The notes: generated by a model not told the origin, from the letters alone. Counted from the stretch's first letter, positions 8,474 through 18,447 are shown. The stretch: 64,000 nucleotides of DNA from Thermoanaerobaculia bacterium (GCA_035544735.1 DATKCD010000013.1:3412-67411); one strand, 5' to 3'. Made by a program: numbers and translations.

Positions 8474-9418
8474 TCACCGGGCCCGCTTCGCATTCTCCGC
8501 CAGTACGGTCCCCTGGTTCGCTTCGCACGCCCTCGCCTCGAGCCAGGCCGCGAACCTCCGGAACAGCTCTTCGGCCTCGGCCGGCGTGAAGTCGTGTCGC
8601 GAGCGTTCCGCCACCCACCCCTGGTCGGTCAGCTCCAGACGAGCATCCTCCGTGAGGATCTGGATCAGCATCGTCGAGATCACGAATCGGACCTCGCCTC
8701 CGTCGCGCTCGATCGCCGCACGCGAACACGACCCGAGCTCGACCGACGATCCATGCATCAGCGTCTCGAGATGGCTGTCCTTCCGGCGAAGCAGGCGGAC
8801 TGCGCTCGCCTCCGGATCGAAGCCTCGGGATGCGTTGACGATCCCGAGCGTCGGAGGAAGGAAGAGCGGATCGCCCGGCTCGCGATCGAGCTCGCGATAG
8901 ATCCCGGGGCGGAACAGCCGTCCGGCGTTGCAGGCGGAAACGTAGGCCCGACCGACTCCGGCCTTCTCCAGCGTTTCCTGCAGGCCGCCGATCGAGATGT
9001 ACGAGCGGAGGTCGCCCGGATCCTTCGATCGCTGGAGCTTCAGCCCGTGGCCGTTCGTGCCGTGCGTCTCGAGGACGACTCCGTCGATCGGGCGCCCGGG
9101 CGAGAGGACATTCGCCCGCGCGATCGACCGGGCGACCTCACGCCAGTCGGACGCTTCGAAATAGACGAAGCCGAGCCCCTCGTAGAATCGTCGATTTCCC
9201 GGAAGCGCCAGATCCGGCGTGAACACGATCGCCGTCCCCGAGCCGATCGCCTCGATCGCCGGCCGCGGGGGGGGGACGGTCTCCGGCTCCGCACCGGCGA
9301 GGGGGCGCGGCGGCGGGAGCGCCGGTGCCGGATCGGGGCGGGTCAGCAGCAGCGCGAGAACGACGAGGCCGAACGCCAGCAGGACGGCGGCAATGATGCG
9401 GGAGCGGCGAGCTTCCAT
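8474..9418 (-). CDS. Membrane-anchored protein with putative clan-CD (caspase/legumain-like) cysteine-peptidase core
   Basis: 314 aa. N-terminal TM helix. VVLETHGTNGHG...(about 45 aa)...AYVSACNAG matches the His-Gly...Ala-Cys dyad spacing of clan CD. C-terminal 120 aa has no recognised domain. Confidence 0.55.
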   Translation of the reverse strand: MEARRSRIIAAVLLAFGLVVLALLLTRPDPAPALPPPRPLAGAEPETVPPPRPAIEAIGSGTAIVFTPDLALPGNRRFYEGLGFVYFEASDWREVARSIARANVLSPGRPIDGVVLETHGTNGHGLKLQRSKDPGDLRSYISIGGLQETLEKAGVGRAYVSACNAGRLFRPGIYRELDREPGDPLFLPPTLGIVNASRGFDPEASAVRLLRRKDSHLETLMHGSSVELGSCSRAAIERDGGEVRFVISTMLIQILTEDARLELTDQGWVAERSRHDFTPAEAEELFRRFAAWLEARACEANQGTVLAENAKRAR

Positions 9419-9470
9419 CGAGCAGACACGACTGCAAGGAGTTCGCCGGGCGGCCCGCCGGGCCGGATTC

Positions 9471-9938
9471 TCAGAGCAGCTCTTCGAACCGGGTCAGCGC
9501 CTTCCGTCCCGCGCCGTGCGCTCCGGCGACCGGAGGCGACTGCAGATATCTGCCGTAGGTTCCCGCGAAGGGGTGGGCCGGATCTCCGCTGCCGAGCATC
9601 TGATGGAGGTCCTTCACGAGATTCCGGTACGGAGCCCGATCGGTCTCGGTGGCGAGAAGCTCGTCGAGCTGAGCCACGGCGCCGCTCAGCGGACGCAGCC
9701 ATGCGAACGCCGGATCGTTCACGAGGAGGTCGAACATCCGGACCGGGCTCTGCGGTCCGTGAGTCCGCTCGTATTCGCCGCGGACTTCTCCGAGAAGTGC
9801 ACGGTGGAGTGCGAGCAGTGCCGAGGAGAGCGCGCGGGCCCTGCGCGCGAACTCCGGCTCCTGGGCCGGCCTCGGCATTTTCTGATACAGCGGTTTCAAA
9901 GGGAAGCCGTCCCGTCCTCCTCGAATCGTCGATTGCAA
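9471..9938 (-). CDS. Hypothetical protein (helical); possibly co-transcribed with 8474-9418
   Basis: 155 aa ORF. Alternative start MPRPAQ at 9878. G/C-biased third positions. Confidence 0.4.
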   Translation of the reverse strand: MQSTIRGGRDGFPLKPLYQKMPRPAQEPEFARRARALSSALLALHRALLGEVRGEYERTHGPQSPVRMFDLLVNDPAFAWLRPLSGAVAQLDELLATETDRAPYRNLVKDLHQMLGSGDPAHPFAGTYGRYLQSPPVAGAHGAGRKALTRFEELL

Positions 9939-9999
9939 CCGTTATGCAACCCGACCTCTCTCGTCTCGGCGCGCCGGGGAACCCTACTATACTCGACGC

Positions 10000-11601
10000 A
10001 TGAGTTCGCCAGAGTCATCCGCGGAACCACTCCTCGTGCGAGCCGCCACCATCCGAATCAGCGTATTCCTCGCGGGGGCAGGGCTCATGGCGCTCGAGAT
10101 CCTGGCGTTTCGCGTGATCGGGAAGAACTTCGGGACCGCGCTGCGCGAGACCAGCGTCGTGATCTCGGTGTTTCTGCTCGCAATGAGCATCGGCTACTGG
10201 GCCGGCGGCAGGGTGGCCGACCGGATTCCCCGGCTGGAAACGTTCGCAGCCGTCCTGGCGCTGGCCGGGCTCGCGGTCGTCCCCGTCCCGGTGCTCGACG
10301 TGCTCGTCGCGGACGGGGTGTACGGGTCCGGTCTGCCGCTTCCGATGCACTCGTTCCTGGTGAGCGTGATCCTGTTCACCATCCCGACGATCCTGCTCGC
10401 GAGCGTCTCGCCGATCGCGATCCGCCTTCTCGCACGATCGACGGCGGAGACCGGATCGGTGGCCGGCACGACCTCGTCCATCTCGACGGCCGGAAGCATC
10501 ACCGGGAGCCTGCTCGCGGCCTTCGTGCTCATCGACTGGTTTCACGGGGTGGGCAATTCGATCCTCGCCATCGGGGCGGTGATCATCGCCTGCTCGATCG
10601 GGACGCTCTTGGCCGGGAGCCGGTCCGGAGTCCTCGCGGGCGTCACCGCGAGTCCGGCCCGAGCGGGGCTCGCCGGCCTCTGCGTGGCCGCTGCCGTCGC
10701 GACGATGCTGGCGGTCATCGCCGCCCGTCCCCCGCGCCTCGCCGATTACAGCAATCCCGATCCCCGCCAGGTCACGATTCACGTCCGCGAAACCCCGTAT
10801 CACTCGATCCGCGTCCGCGAGATCGACGGCCGCTATCGCATCCTCTCCTTCGGACGCTTTCACCAGAGCGAGATGGATCTTCAGGACCCGCAGGGGGCGG
10901 GCTTCGAGTACACCGACTTCTTCCACCTGCCGATGGTCCTCCGTCCGGACGCCGAGCGGGTCCTCTTTCTCGGCCTGGGGGGAGGGACCGGACCGAAGCA
11001 GTTTCTGCGGGATTATCCGAATACCGGGATTACGGCGGTCGAGATCGATCCCGGCGTGATCGACGTGGCGCGGGAGTACTTCGCGCTCCACGAGCATCCG
11101 CGCCTGAGGATCGACGTCGGCGACGGCAGGATGTGGCTCAAGAGCTCGAGCGCATCGTTCGACTCGGTGATCATCGATGCGTTCACGGTGAACCGCTACG
11201 GGCTGAGCCTTCCGTGGCACCTCACGACGCGGGAGTTCTTCCGCGAGCTCGATGCGCGGACGACTCCCGATGCGACGATCGTATTCAACTCACCCGGTCC
11301 TCCCGATTCCGCGATCACGCTGGCGCTGATGAAGACGATGCGCGAGAGGTTCCCCTACCAGCTCGCGTTCCGCGCGGGGATCGGGAACACGGCCATTTTC
11401 GCGGCGAAGCAGGGAAGCGGGATGACCGCCGACGCGCTGGCGAAGCGGGTGGCCGAGCTGCGGCTGAGCGGCGAGATCGGCCACCCCGGTCTCGAGGGCA
11501 GGGTGCTTCAGCATGTGGACGTGACGCCGGGAGGAGCGGAGGTGCCGGTCCTCACGGACGATCACGCTCCGGTGGATCAGTTGCTGCGGACGGGAGGATG
11601 A
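10000..11601 (+). CDS. Fused membrane domain + spermidine-synthase-like (polyamine aminopropyltransferase fold) protein
   Basis: 533 aa. About 7 TM segments, then LFLGLGGGTGP...GITAVEIDPGVIDVAREYF...DVGDGRMWL...FDSVIIDAF (SAM-MTase/SpeE motifs). Confidence 0.8.
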   Translation: MSSPESSAEPLLVRAATIRISVFLAGAGLMALEILAFRVIGKNFGTALRETSVVISVFLLAMSIGYWAGGRVADRIPRLETFAAVLALAGLAVVPVPVLDVLVADGVYGSGLPLPMHSFLVSVILFTIPTILLASVSPIAIRLLARSTAETGSVAGTTSSISTAGSITGSLLAAFVLIDWFHGVGNSILAIGAVIIACSIGTLLAGSRSGVLAGVTASPARAGLAGLCVAAAVATMLAVIAARPPRLADYSNPDPRQVTIHVRETPYHSIRVREIDGRYRILSFGRFHQSEMDLQDPQGAGFEYTDFFHLPMVLRPDAERVLFLGLGGGTGPKQFLRDYPNTGITAVEIDPGVIDVAREYFALHEHPRLRIDVGDGRMWLKSSSASFDSVIIDAFTVNRYGLSLPWHLTTREFFRELDARTTPDATIVFNSPGPPDSAITLALMKTMRERFPYQLAFRAGIGNTAIFAAKQGSGMTADALAKRVAELRLSGEIGHPGLEGRVLQHVDVTPGGAEVPVLTDDHAPVDQLLRTGG

Positions 11602-14432
11602 CCCTGAGCGCGCGAACCGCGGAAGGGCTGCGCGACCGGCTCGAACGGTTTCTCGCGCCCGAGCAGGTTCTCGATCGGGAGATCGACCGCATCGCGTGGG
11701 CGTCGGACGCGAGCTTTTACCGCCTGATCCCCCGCGCGGTATTGCGCCCGGCGACGCTCGACGAGATCCGCGGGATCTTCCGATTCGCGCGGGAGAGCCG
11801 GATGTCGGTGACCTTCCGCGCAGGAGGGACGAGCCTCTCGGGTCAGGCGATCACCGACGGACTGCTGGTCGACGTCGCTTCGCGCTGGCGCGGGATCGAG
11901 GTCCTGGACGGGGGGGCGCGCGTCCGCGTCGAGCCCGGCGTGATCGGAGGTCGCGTCAATCAGCTCCTCCGCGCCTTCGGACGGAAAATGGGGCCCGATC
12001 CCGCGTCGATCCACGCCTGCATGATGGGCGGAATCCTCTCGAACAACTCGAGCGGAATGTGCTGCGGGGTCGTCCACAACAGCTACCACACGCTCGATTC
12101 CCTGACGTTCGTGCTCCCGTCGGGGACCGCGATCGACACCGCGAGCCCGAACGCCGCCGCAATTTTCGAGCAGACCGAGCCGGCGCTCGCACGCGGCCTT
12201 CTCGCCCTTCGCCGCCGAATTCTCGACGACGCCCGGCTCGCCTCCCGCATCCGCGCGAAGTACCGGATGAAGAACACGACCGGCTATTCGCTCAACGCGT
12301 TTCTCGACTTCTCGACGCCGGTCGAGATCTTCCGGAACCTGCTGATCGGCGCCGAGGGAACGCTCGCCTTCATCGCCTCGGCCGTGCTGCGGACGCTTCC
12401 CGAGCTCCCCGTCAGGCACACCGGCATTCTGCTGTTCCCGACGATTCGCGCCGCGTGCGACGCGATCGTTCCGCTGTCGGCGGCGGGCGCGGCGGCGCTC
12501 GAGCTCATGGACCGCGCCGCGATCCGCTCGGTGGAGCTCCAGCCGGGGGTTCCGGAGCTCGTCCGCGGGCTGGGACCCGAGGCTGCGGGGCTGCTCGTCG
12601 AGCTCCAGGAGCCGGCCGGTTTCGATGCGCGGGAGCTGGCCGCCCGCGCCGCCGCCGCAGCGGCGGGCCTCACGCTCCTCCACCCTCCCCTCTTCACCAG
12701 CGATCCGGCGGAACAGGAGCTTCTCTGGAAAATGCGGAAGGGGATGTTCCCGTCGGTCGGCGCCGTCCGGAAGAGCGGCACCACGGTGATCATCGAGGAC
12801 GTCGTCTTTCCGGTCGCGTCACTCGCCGATGCGGCCGTCGATCTGATCGCGCTCTTCCGCAAGCACGGCTATCCGGAGGCGATCATCTTCGGCCACGCGA
12901 AGGACGGGAATCTGCACTTCGTTCTGACGCAGGGATTCGGATCGGAGCGGGAAATCGAGCGCTATGCACGGTTCATCGACGAGGTGGTCGAGCTCGTGGT
13001 CCGGCGGTACGACGGCGCGCTCAAGGCCGAGCACGGGACGGGGCGGAACATGGCACCGTTCGTCGAGGCGGAGTGGGGACCGGAAGCGCTCGCGATCATG
13101 CGCGAGGTCAAGCGACTCGCCGACCCCGATGGAATCCTCAACCCCGGCGTGATCCTCGATCCCGATCCTCGCGCCCATCTGCGGCACCTGAAGGATCTCC
13201 CGTCGGTCGAGCCGGAGGTCGATCGCTGCATCGAGTGCGGCTTCTGCGAGCCGCGCTGCCCCAGCCGCGATCTGACCACCACCCCGCGCCAGCGCATCGT
13301 CATCCGTCGCGAGATGGAGAGGCTGGCGGCGGCGGGGGAGGGTCGCGAACGGCTCGCGGCGCTCGAGCGCGATTTCGGCTACGAGGTGCTCGATACCTGC
13401 GCCGCCGACGGACTCTGCGCCACCGCCTGCCCGGTCTCCATCGACACCGGGACCCTGACCAAACGCTTTCGCGAAGCGCGGCACTCGCCGCGGCAGCGGC
13501 GTGTCGCCTCGTGGACGGTCGAACACTTCGCGACGATCGAGAAGCTCGCTCGCGGCGCGCTTCGCGCCGGACAGCTCGCCCGAGCTCTTCTCGGATCGCG
13601 CGCTCTCGCGGCGCTCACCCGGCCGTTCGGTCCGGCCGCCTGGGTCGAGCCGATGCCGCGCCCCGCACCTCCCCTCCCGCGCGGTTCGGGCGCTCGCCCC
13701 ACCGCAGTCTACTTTCCGAGCTGCGTGACGCGAACGATGGGCTCCCTTCGCGGCGAGAGATCGCTCCTACCGCTCGCCTCCGCCTTCGTCGAGGTCGCCG
13801 CGCGCGCCGGCGAGACGCTCTTCGTACCGGAGGACGTCGCGGGAACCTGTTGCGGCCAGCCGTACTCGTCGAAGGGTTACGTGCAGGCTCACGAACGGAT
13901 GCTCGCGCGCAGCGTCGAGCGGGCGTGGCGCTGGTCGGAGCAGGGGCGGCTGCCGATCGTCCTCGACACGACCCCCTGCACGCACGCCCTTCGCTCGAGC
14001 CGGCCGGCCGACGAGTCTCTGGCGGAGAAGCTCGCGCAGCTCCGCCTCGTCGACGGAGTCGAGTTCTTCGAAGCGCTGCTTCCGCGGCTCCCCCTGCGGC
14101 CCGTCGCGGGGCGCGCGGCCGTCCATCCCGTCTGCTCGCTGGTCCGGATGGGAGCGCAGGCGAAGCTCGAGCGGATCGCCGCATCGGCATGCGGGGAGGC
14201 GTGCACTCCCGCGCGCACCGGCTGCTGCGGATTCGCCGGCGACCGCGGCTGGCTCGTCCCCGAGCTCACCGCCGCCGCGATGGCCGATGAGGCGGCGGAC
14301 CTCGAGGCACTGGGGGCGGCCGATCACCTCTCGAGCAGCCGCACCTGCGAGATCGGACTCACTCGCGCCACCGGCCGCCCCTGGCGCTCGTTCATTCACC
14401 TGCTCGAAGAGGCGACGCGTCCCCCGGTCTGA
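11598..14432 (+). CDS. YdiJ-like FAD-linked oxidase fused to an Fe-S/CCG domain (D-2-hydroxyacid dehydrogenase family)
   Basis: ATG at 11598 overlaps the upstream stop as ATGA. FAD_binding_4 (RAGGTSLSGQA), 4Fe-4S motifs (CIECGFCEPRCP, CAADGLCATACP) and two CCG-like Cys clusters. The listed 1737-aa ORF is an upstream in-frame artefact. Confidence 0.8.
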   Translation: MTLSARTAEGLRDRLERFLAPEQVLDREIDRIAWASDASFYRLIPRAVLRPATLDEIRGIFRFARESRMSVTFRAGGTSLSGQAITDGLLVDVASRWRGIEVLDGGARVRVEPGVIGGRVNQLLRAFGRKMGPDPASIHACMMGGILSNNSSGMCCGVVHNSYHTLDSLTFVLPSGTAIDTASPNAAAIFEQTEPALARGLLALRRRILDDARLASRIRAKYRMKNTTGYSLNAFLDFSTPVEIFRNLLIGAEGTLAFIASAVLRTLPELPVRHTGILLFPTIRAACDAIVPLSAAGAAALELMDRAAIRSVELQPGVPELVRGLGPEAAGLLVELQEPAGFDARELAARAAAAAAGLTLLHPPLFTSDPAEQELLWKMRKGMFPSVGAVRKSGTTVIIEDVVFPVASLADAAVDLIALFRKHGYPEAIIFGHAKDGNLHFVLTQGFGSEREIERYARFIDEVVELVVRRYDGALKAEHGTGRNMAPFVEAEWGPEALAIMREVKRLADPDGILNPGVILDPDPRAHLRHLKDLPSVEPEVDRCIECGFCEPRCPSRDLTTTPRQRIVIRREMERLAAAGEGRERLAALERDFGYEVLDTCAADGLCATACPVSIDTGTLTKRFREARHSPRQRRVASWTVEHFATIEKLARGALRAGQLARALLGSRALAALTRPFGPAAWVEPMPRPAPPLPRGSGARPTAVYFPSCVTRTMGSLRGERSLLPLASAFVEVAARAGETLFVPEDVAGTCCGQPYSSKGYVQAHERMLARSVERAWRWSEQGRLPIVLDTTPCTHALRSSRPADESLAEKLAQLRLVDGVEFFEALLPRLPLRPVAGRAAVHPVCSLVRMGAQAKLERIAASACGEACTPARTGCCGFAGDRGWLVPELTAAAMADEAADLEALGAADHLSSSRTCEIGLTRATGRPWRSFIHLLEEATRPPV

Positions 14433-14437
14433 CGCGC

Positions 14438-14461
14438 GGGGCCGCGGCTCACCCGCGGCCC
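14438..14461 (+). terminator. GC-rich hairpin right after the oxidase stop, between convergent genes
   Basis: GGGGCCGCGG-ctcac-CCGCGGCCC. Perfect 9-10 bp stem. No U-tract. Confidence 0.35.
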
Positions 14462-14586
14462 GACGGCGCCCGCCGATCGAGGGGGGCAGCGGAACATTGC
14501 GAGACGAACGTTCTGGCCGTCCTGGACGAGCTGCTCCACCTCGACGAGCCACCTCGACGAGCCGCCGATCGAGCTCGCCGATCAGC

Positions 14587-15144
14587 TCACTCCGGGCCCT
14601 CTCCGGCCGGAGCCGGCCGGTAGATCCCTTCGAACACCGCGCTCCAGCTCTTCCCGCCGTCGCTCGACTGCTCCCAGAGCTGGCGCACGCAGCCGCGGCA
14701 GCGCTCCTGCTCCAGCGGCGTCCAGGTGATCCGGTTCATCACCTCCGTCCCGTCGCGCCGCTGCGACTCCCCCGACAGGCGCATCGAACCGTCCTCGATC
14801 CCCCCGTCCAGCAGCAGCAGCACGCCCGTAGAGTCGATCCAGGTCTGATGCCACCGCTTCTTCGCGCGGCTCCAGACGTTGAAGCTCTCCCCCACCATGC
14901 CACCCGCTCCCTCCCAGTGCTCGTGAAGCACGCAATCGTTCAGCCGGCGAGTGATGCGGTTGGTCCCGAGCAGCTTCCCTTCCGGCGATTCGACGCGCCA
15001 GGAACCGATCCAGAAGTCGAACTGACGGTGCTCGGCCGAGTCGCAGCGGGGCGGCGCGGGGAGTGGGGGGGCGTTCTGCTGATCGGGTCGGGCTGCCGCC
15101 GCGGCGAGGAGCAGAGTGATCGAGATCAGGAGTGTTCGGCGCAT
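14587..15144 (-). CDS. Secreted hypothetical protein (DUF1579-like)
   Basis: 185 aa. Signal peptide, then W-rich motifs (FDFWIGSWRVE...HEHWEG). Confidence 0.55.
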   Translation of the reverse strand: MRRTLLISITLLLAAAAARPDQQNAPPLPAPPRCDSAEHRQFDFWIGSWRVESPEGKLLGTNRITRRLNDCVLHEHWEGAGGMVGESFNVWSRAKKRWHQTWIDSTGVLLLLDGGIEDGSMRLSGESQRRDGTEVMNRITWTPLEQERCRGCVRQLWEQSSDGGKSWSAVFEGIYRPAPAGEGPE

Positions 15145-15270
15145 TCGTGACTCCTCCGCGCAATCTGACGGCCGATCTTCCCGGCGGCCGCCGTCATGAT
15201 CGTGCGATCCTCTCGCTTCCGGAAGCGCGCCCGAGTCACCTTTTCGAAACGGTTTCCCGGGACGGCAGGG

Positions 15271-15942
15271 TCACCCTTCGTCGTCGACGATCGCGAAGGC
15301 GCGGACCGGAAAGCTTCCCATCCCCGCGACTTTCACCGGGACGGCGAAGAAGCGGAACCCTTCGGCGGGGAGCGACCCGAGGCGGGCGAGATGCTCCACG
15401 ATCGGAATCCCCGCCGCCAGCAGGATCGAGTGGGCGGGGCGCGAGGCATCGGCGGGATCATCGACGTTCAGCGAGTCGATTCCGACGAGCGCGGCGTTCT
15501 CCGCGACGAGGTGCTCGGCCGCCTCGCGCGTGAGAAACGGGTTGTTCTCGAAGTAGGCGGCCGATCCCCAGTTCGCGTCGAAGCCGGTCCGGACGAGGAC
15601 CCCTTTCCCGCGGAGCGAGATCCCCTCGAAGTGCCCGGGCGTCACGGCGCGATCCGAACGGCTGTCGACGACTACGGCATCGAGATCGGCGAGGCGCTCG
15701 AGCGGAAGCCGCGCCAGATCGGGGCCGTCCTCGTAACGGTGGAACGGCGCGTCGACGTAGGTCCCGGTGTTGGCCACCATCTCGATCCGGCCGATGTGGA
15801 ACTCGACGCCGGGAGCGTAGCGCTGGCGCGAGGCGGCGCGTGAGACGAACTCTCCGATCACCGGTGCCGGAAGGCCGGGATAGGTGATCAGCCCGTCGCG
15901 GATGGTGTGGCTCAGATCGATCCAGCGCTTCATCCGCGCCAC
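15271..15942 (-). CDS. Cyclase-family protein (kynurenine formamidase / arylformamidase-like)
   Basis: 223 aa. DLSH, VDAPFH and GIDSLNVD motifs of the putative cyclase fold. Confidence 0.7.
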   Translation of the reverse strand: MARMKRWIDLSHTIRDGLITYPGLPAPVIGEFVSRAASRQRYAPGVEFHIGRIEMVANTGTYVDAPFHRYEDGPDLARLPLERLADLDAVVVDSRSDRAVTPGHFEGISLRGKGVLVRTGFDANWGSAAYFENNPFLTREAAEHLVAENAALVGIDSLNVDDPADASRPAHSILLAAGIPIVEHLARLGSLPAEGFRFFAVPVKVAGMGSFPVRAFAIVDDEG

Positions 15943-16033
15943 GATAGCGCGTCACGGCATCGAGCGTCGAGCCGGGACGGGTCGCGTTCGGGCTTGCGGG
16001 TCATCCGCCAATGATCTACGCTCGCGCGCCTGC

Positions 16034-16777
16034 ATGGAACAGTTCCTGATGTTCGTGGCGGTCGGATTCGCCGCGCAGATGATCGACGGGATTCTCGGGA
16101 TGGCGTACGGGGTGAGCGCGACGACGTTCCTGCTCTCGTTCGGCGTTCCGCCGGCGGTCGCGAGCGCGAGCGTTCACGCGGCCGAGGTGGTCACGACCGG
16201 CATGTCCGGCCTCTCGCACCACGTGTTCGGCAACGTCGACCGGACGATCGTGCGCCGCCTGCTGATTCCCGGCGTCGGCGGCGCGATCCTCGGCGCGTAC
16301 GTCCTGGTCTCGTTTCCCGGCGAGGTCCTGCGTCCCTGGATCTCCGGTTACCTTCTGCTGATGGGATTCGTCATCCTCTCGAAGGCGATCGGGAAGCGGC
16401 GGGCCGGCGCGGACGGAGCGCGCCGGCATCTGGTTCCTCTGGGGTTCACGGGGGGGTTCTGCGATGCGGCCGGGGGCGGCGGATGGGGCCCGATCGTGGC
16501 GGGGACGCTGCTGGCGCGTGGAAACTCGCCTCGCCATACGATCGGATCGGTCAATTTCGCCGAGTTCTTCGTGACGCTGGCCGCCACGGCGACGTTCATC
16601 GCGACGATCGGGCTGTCTTACTGGGTAGCGATCGCCGGACTCGCGCTCGGCGGAGCGCTCGCCGCTCCTCTGGCGGCGTGGGCGACGAGCCGCGTTCCGG
16701 CGCGTCCGCTGCTGGCGCTGGTCGGCATCGTGGTGATCGCCCTCAGCGCGCGGACGCTCTGGCGCGCCGTGTCGTGA
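16034..16777 (+). CDS. TSUP-family (TauE/SafE) anion exporter
   Basis: Start at MEQFLMFVAVGF. Two repeated 4-TM halves with G-rich motifs. Confidence 0.75.
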   Translation: MEQFLMFVAVGFAAQMIDGILGMAYGVSATTFLLSFGVPPAVASASVHAAEVVTTGMSGLSHHVFGNVDRTIVRRLLIPGVGGAILGAYVLVSFPGEVLRPWISGYLLLMGFVILSKAIGKRRAGADGARRHLVPLGFTGGFCDAAGGGGWGPIVAGTLLARGNSPRHTIGSVNFAEFFVTLAATATFIATIGLSYWVAIAGLALGGALAAPLAAWATSRVPARPLLALVGIVVIALSARTLWRAVS

Positions 16778-16819
16778 TCCCCCGCGGGCGGCTGGCTCCG
16801 CGGCACGAATCGTGATTCG

Positions 16820-18445
16820 ATGTCGCGCTGCACGATGAGCGGACCCTCCCTCCCCCTCTCCCCCGCGCGGCGGCGCCTGGTCACCGCCGGAATCATGACC
16901 GGCATGTTCCTCGCCGCCCTCGAAGCGACCGTCATCGCGACCGCCATGCCGACCGTCATCGCCGCCCTCGGTGGAATGAGCCGCTACTCCTGGGTCTTCT
17001 CCGCCTACCTCGTCGCCTCGACCGTCACCGTCCCGGTATGGGGAAAGCTCTCCGACCTCTACGGTCGCCGTCTGTTCTACCAGATCGGCATCGCGATCTT
17101 CCTGGTGGGATCGATCCTGTCCGGACTGTCTCATTCGATAAACGCGCTGATCGTCTATCGCACGATCCAGGGGGCGGGAGCAGGAGCGCTCATTCCGCTC
17201 GGGATGACGATCATCGGCGAGATCTTCACGGTGGAGCAGCGGGCGCGGATGCAGGGGTTGTTCAGCGGAGTCTGGGGGGTGGCGAGCATCATCGGGCCGC
17301 TCCTCGGGGGGTTCATCACCGACCAGATCTCGTGGCGCTGGGTGTTCTTCGTGAACGTTCCGTTCGGGATCGCCGCGGCGCTGATCATCGGACTCGCGCT
17401 CGAGGAGCCGGCGCGGCACGGCCGCCCCGCAATCGACTACGCGGGTGCGGTGGCTTTGACCGGGTCGGTGACGATGCTCCTGCTCGCGCTGGTGGGAGGG
17501 GGCGGGACCGTCGCGTCGCTGTTCGGCACGCGGAACGTGGCGCTGATGATCGGGGCGGCCATCGTGTTCGCGCTGTTTCTCAGGATCGAGCGGCGGGCCG
17601 CCGAGCCGATCGTCCCTCTCGATCTGTTCCGCGACAGGGTGGTGTCGGTCGCGATCCTCATCGGGTTCCTGACCGGTGTGGCGATGTTCGGCGCGATCAC
17701 CTACGTGCCGCTGTTCGCACAGGGAGCGCAGGGGACGAGCGCGACCGCGGCCGGCTCCCTGCTGACCCCTCTCATGCTCGCCTGGGTGACGATGTCGGTC
17801 GTCGGCGGGCGGCTCCTGCTGCGGATCGGGTACCGGCCGATGGTCCTCGCGGGGCTGACTCTGATGACGGCGGCGTTCGCGATCTTCTGGACGTTCGACC
17901 GGGAGACGCCCCGCTCGTGGATGATCACCGACCTGGCCCTGCTCGGCGCCGGGCTCGGCCTGACGATGCTCACCCTCCTTCTCGCCGTTCAGCAGTCGGT
18001 CCCGCGCATCCGCCTCGGGATCGCCACCTCGCTGAATCAGTTCTCCCGATCGATCGGCGGCGCCGTCGGCGTCGCCGTCATGGGCGCCGTCCTCTCCATC
18101 GGCCTCCACCTCCATCTCGGCCAGGCCGCCGCCGCGGGCGGCGGAGGTGCGATCTCGGCCCGACAGGCGACCCGCCTCGCCGACGACCCGAGCGCCCTCA
18201 TCGATCCCGCCGAGCGCGCTCTGCTCTCACCCACCGCCCTCGAAATGCTCCAGAGCTCACTCGCCCGCTCCCTCCGCCCCGTCTTTCTCGTCGGCGCCTG
18301 CGTCTCGCTCCTCGCCCTGCTCATCGCGATCTTCCGGATGCCCGCCCGGATTCCCGGCTTCGAGCACTCCTTCGCCGAGGGCGAACGGATGGTGATCGCC
18401 GAGATGGCCACTCTCGATCCGAAGAGCGAGCCGCTCTCCGACTGA
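16820..18445 (+). CDS. MFS transporter, DHA2 (EmrB/QacA) 14-TM drug:H+ antiporter family
   Basis: 541 aa. GKLSDLYGRR motif (MFS motif A) and motif C in TM5. Confidence 0.85.
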   Translation: MSRCTMSGPSLPLSPARRRLVTAGIMTGMFLAALEATVIATAMPTVIAALGGMSRYSWVFSAYLVASTVTVPVWGKLSDLYGRRLFYQIGIAIFLVGSILSGLSHSINALIVYRTIQGAGAGALIPLGMTIIGEIFTVEQRARMQGLFSGVWGVASIIGPLLGGFITDQISWRWVFFVNVPFGIAAALIIGLALEEPARHGRPAIDYAGAVALTGSVTMLLLALVGGGGTVASLFGTRNVALMIGAAIVFALFLRIERRAAEPIVPLDLFRDRVVSVAILIGFLTGVAMFGAITYVPLFAQGAQGTSATAAGSLLTPLMLAWVTMSVVGGRLLLRIGYRPMVLAGLTLMTAAFAIFWTFDRETPRSWMITDLALLGAGLGLTMLTLLLAVQQSVPRIRLGIATSLNQFSRSIGGAVGVAVMGAVLSIGLHLHLGQAAAAGGGGAISARQATRLADDPSALIDPAERALLSPTALEMLQSSLARSLRPVFLVGACVSLLALLIAIFRMPARIPGFEHSFAEGERMVIAEMATLDPKSEPLSD

Positions 18446-18447
18446 CC

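Noticed and set aside
9219-14432. Giant ORFs: 9219-14432 (1737 aa), 53986-59226 (1746 aa), 40896-44342 (1148 aa), 5897-8443 (848 aa), 16016-18115 (699 aa), 37086... overlapping partners such as 36982-39456, 443-2143
   Set aside because: High G+C suppresses stop codons in all frames. These are Arg/Pro/Gly/Asp-rich, overlap well-supported genes on the same or opposite strand, and only their C-terminal parts (YdiJ-like oxidase, manC, rsmE) are real.
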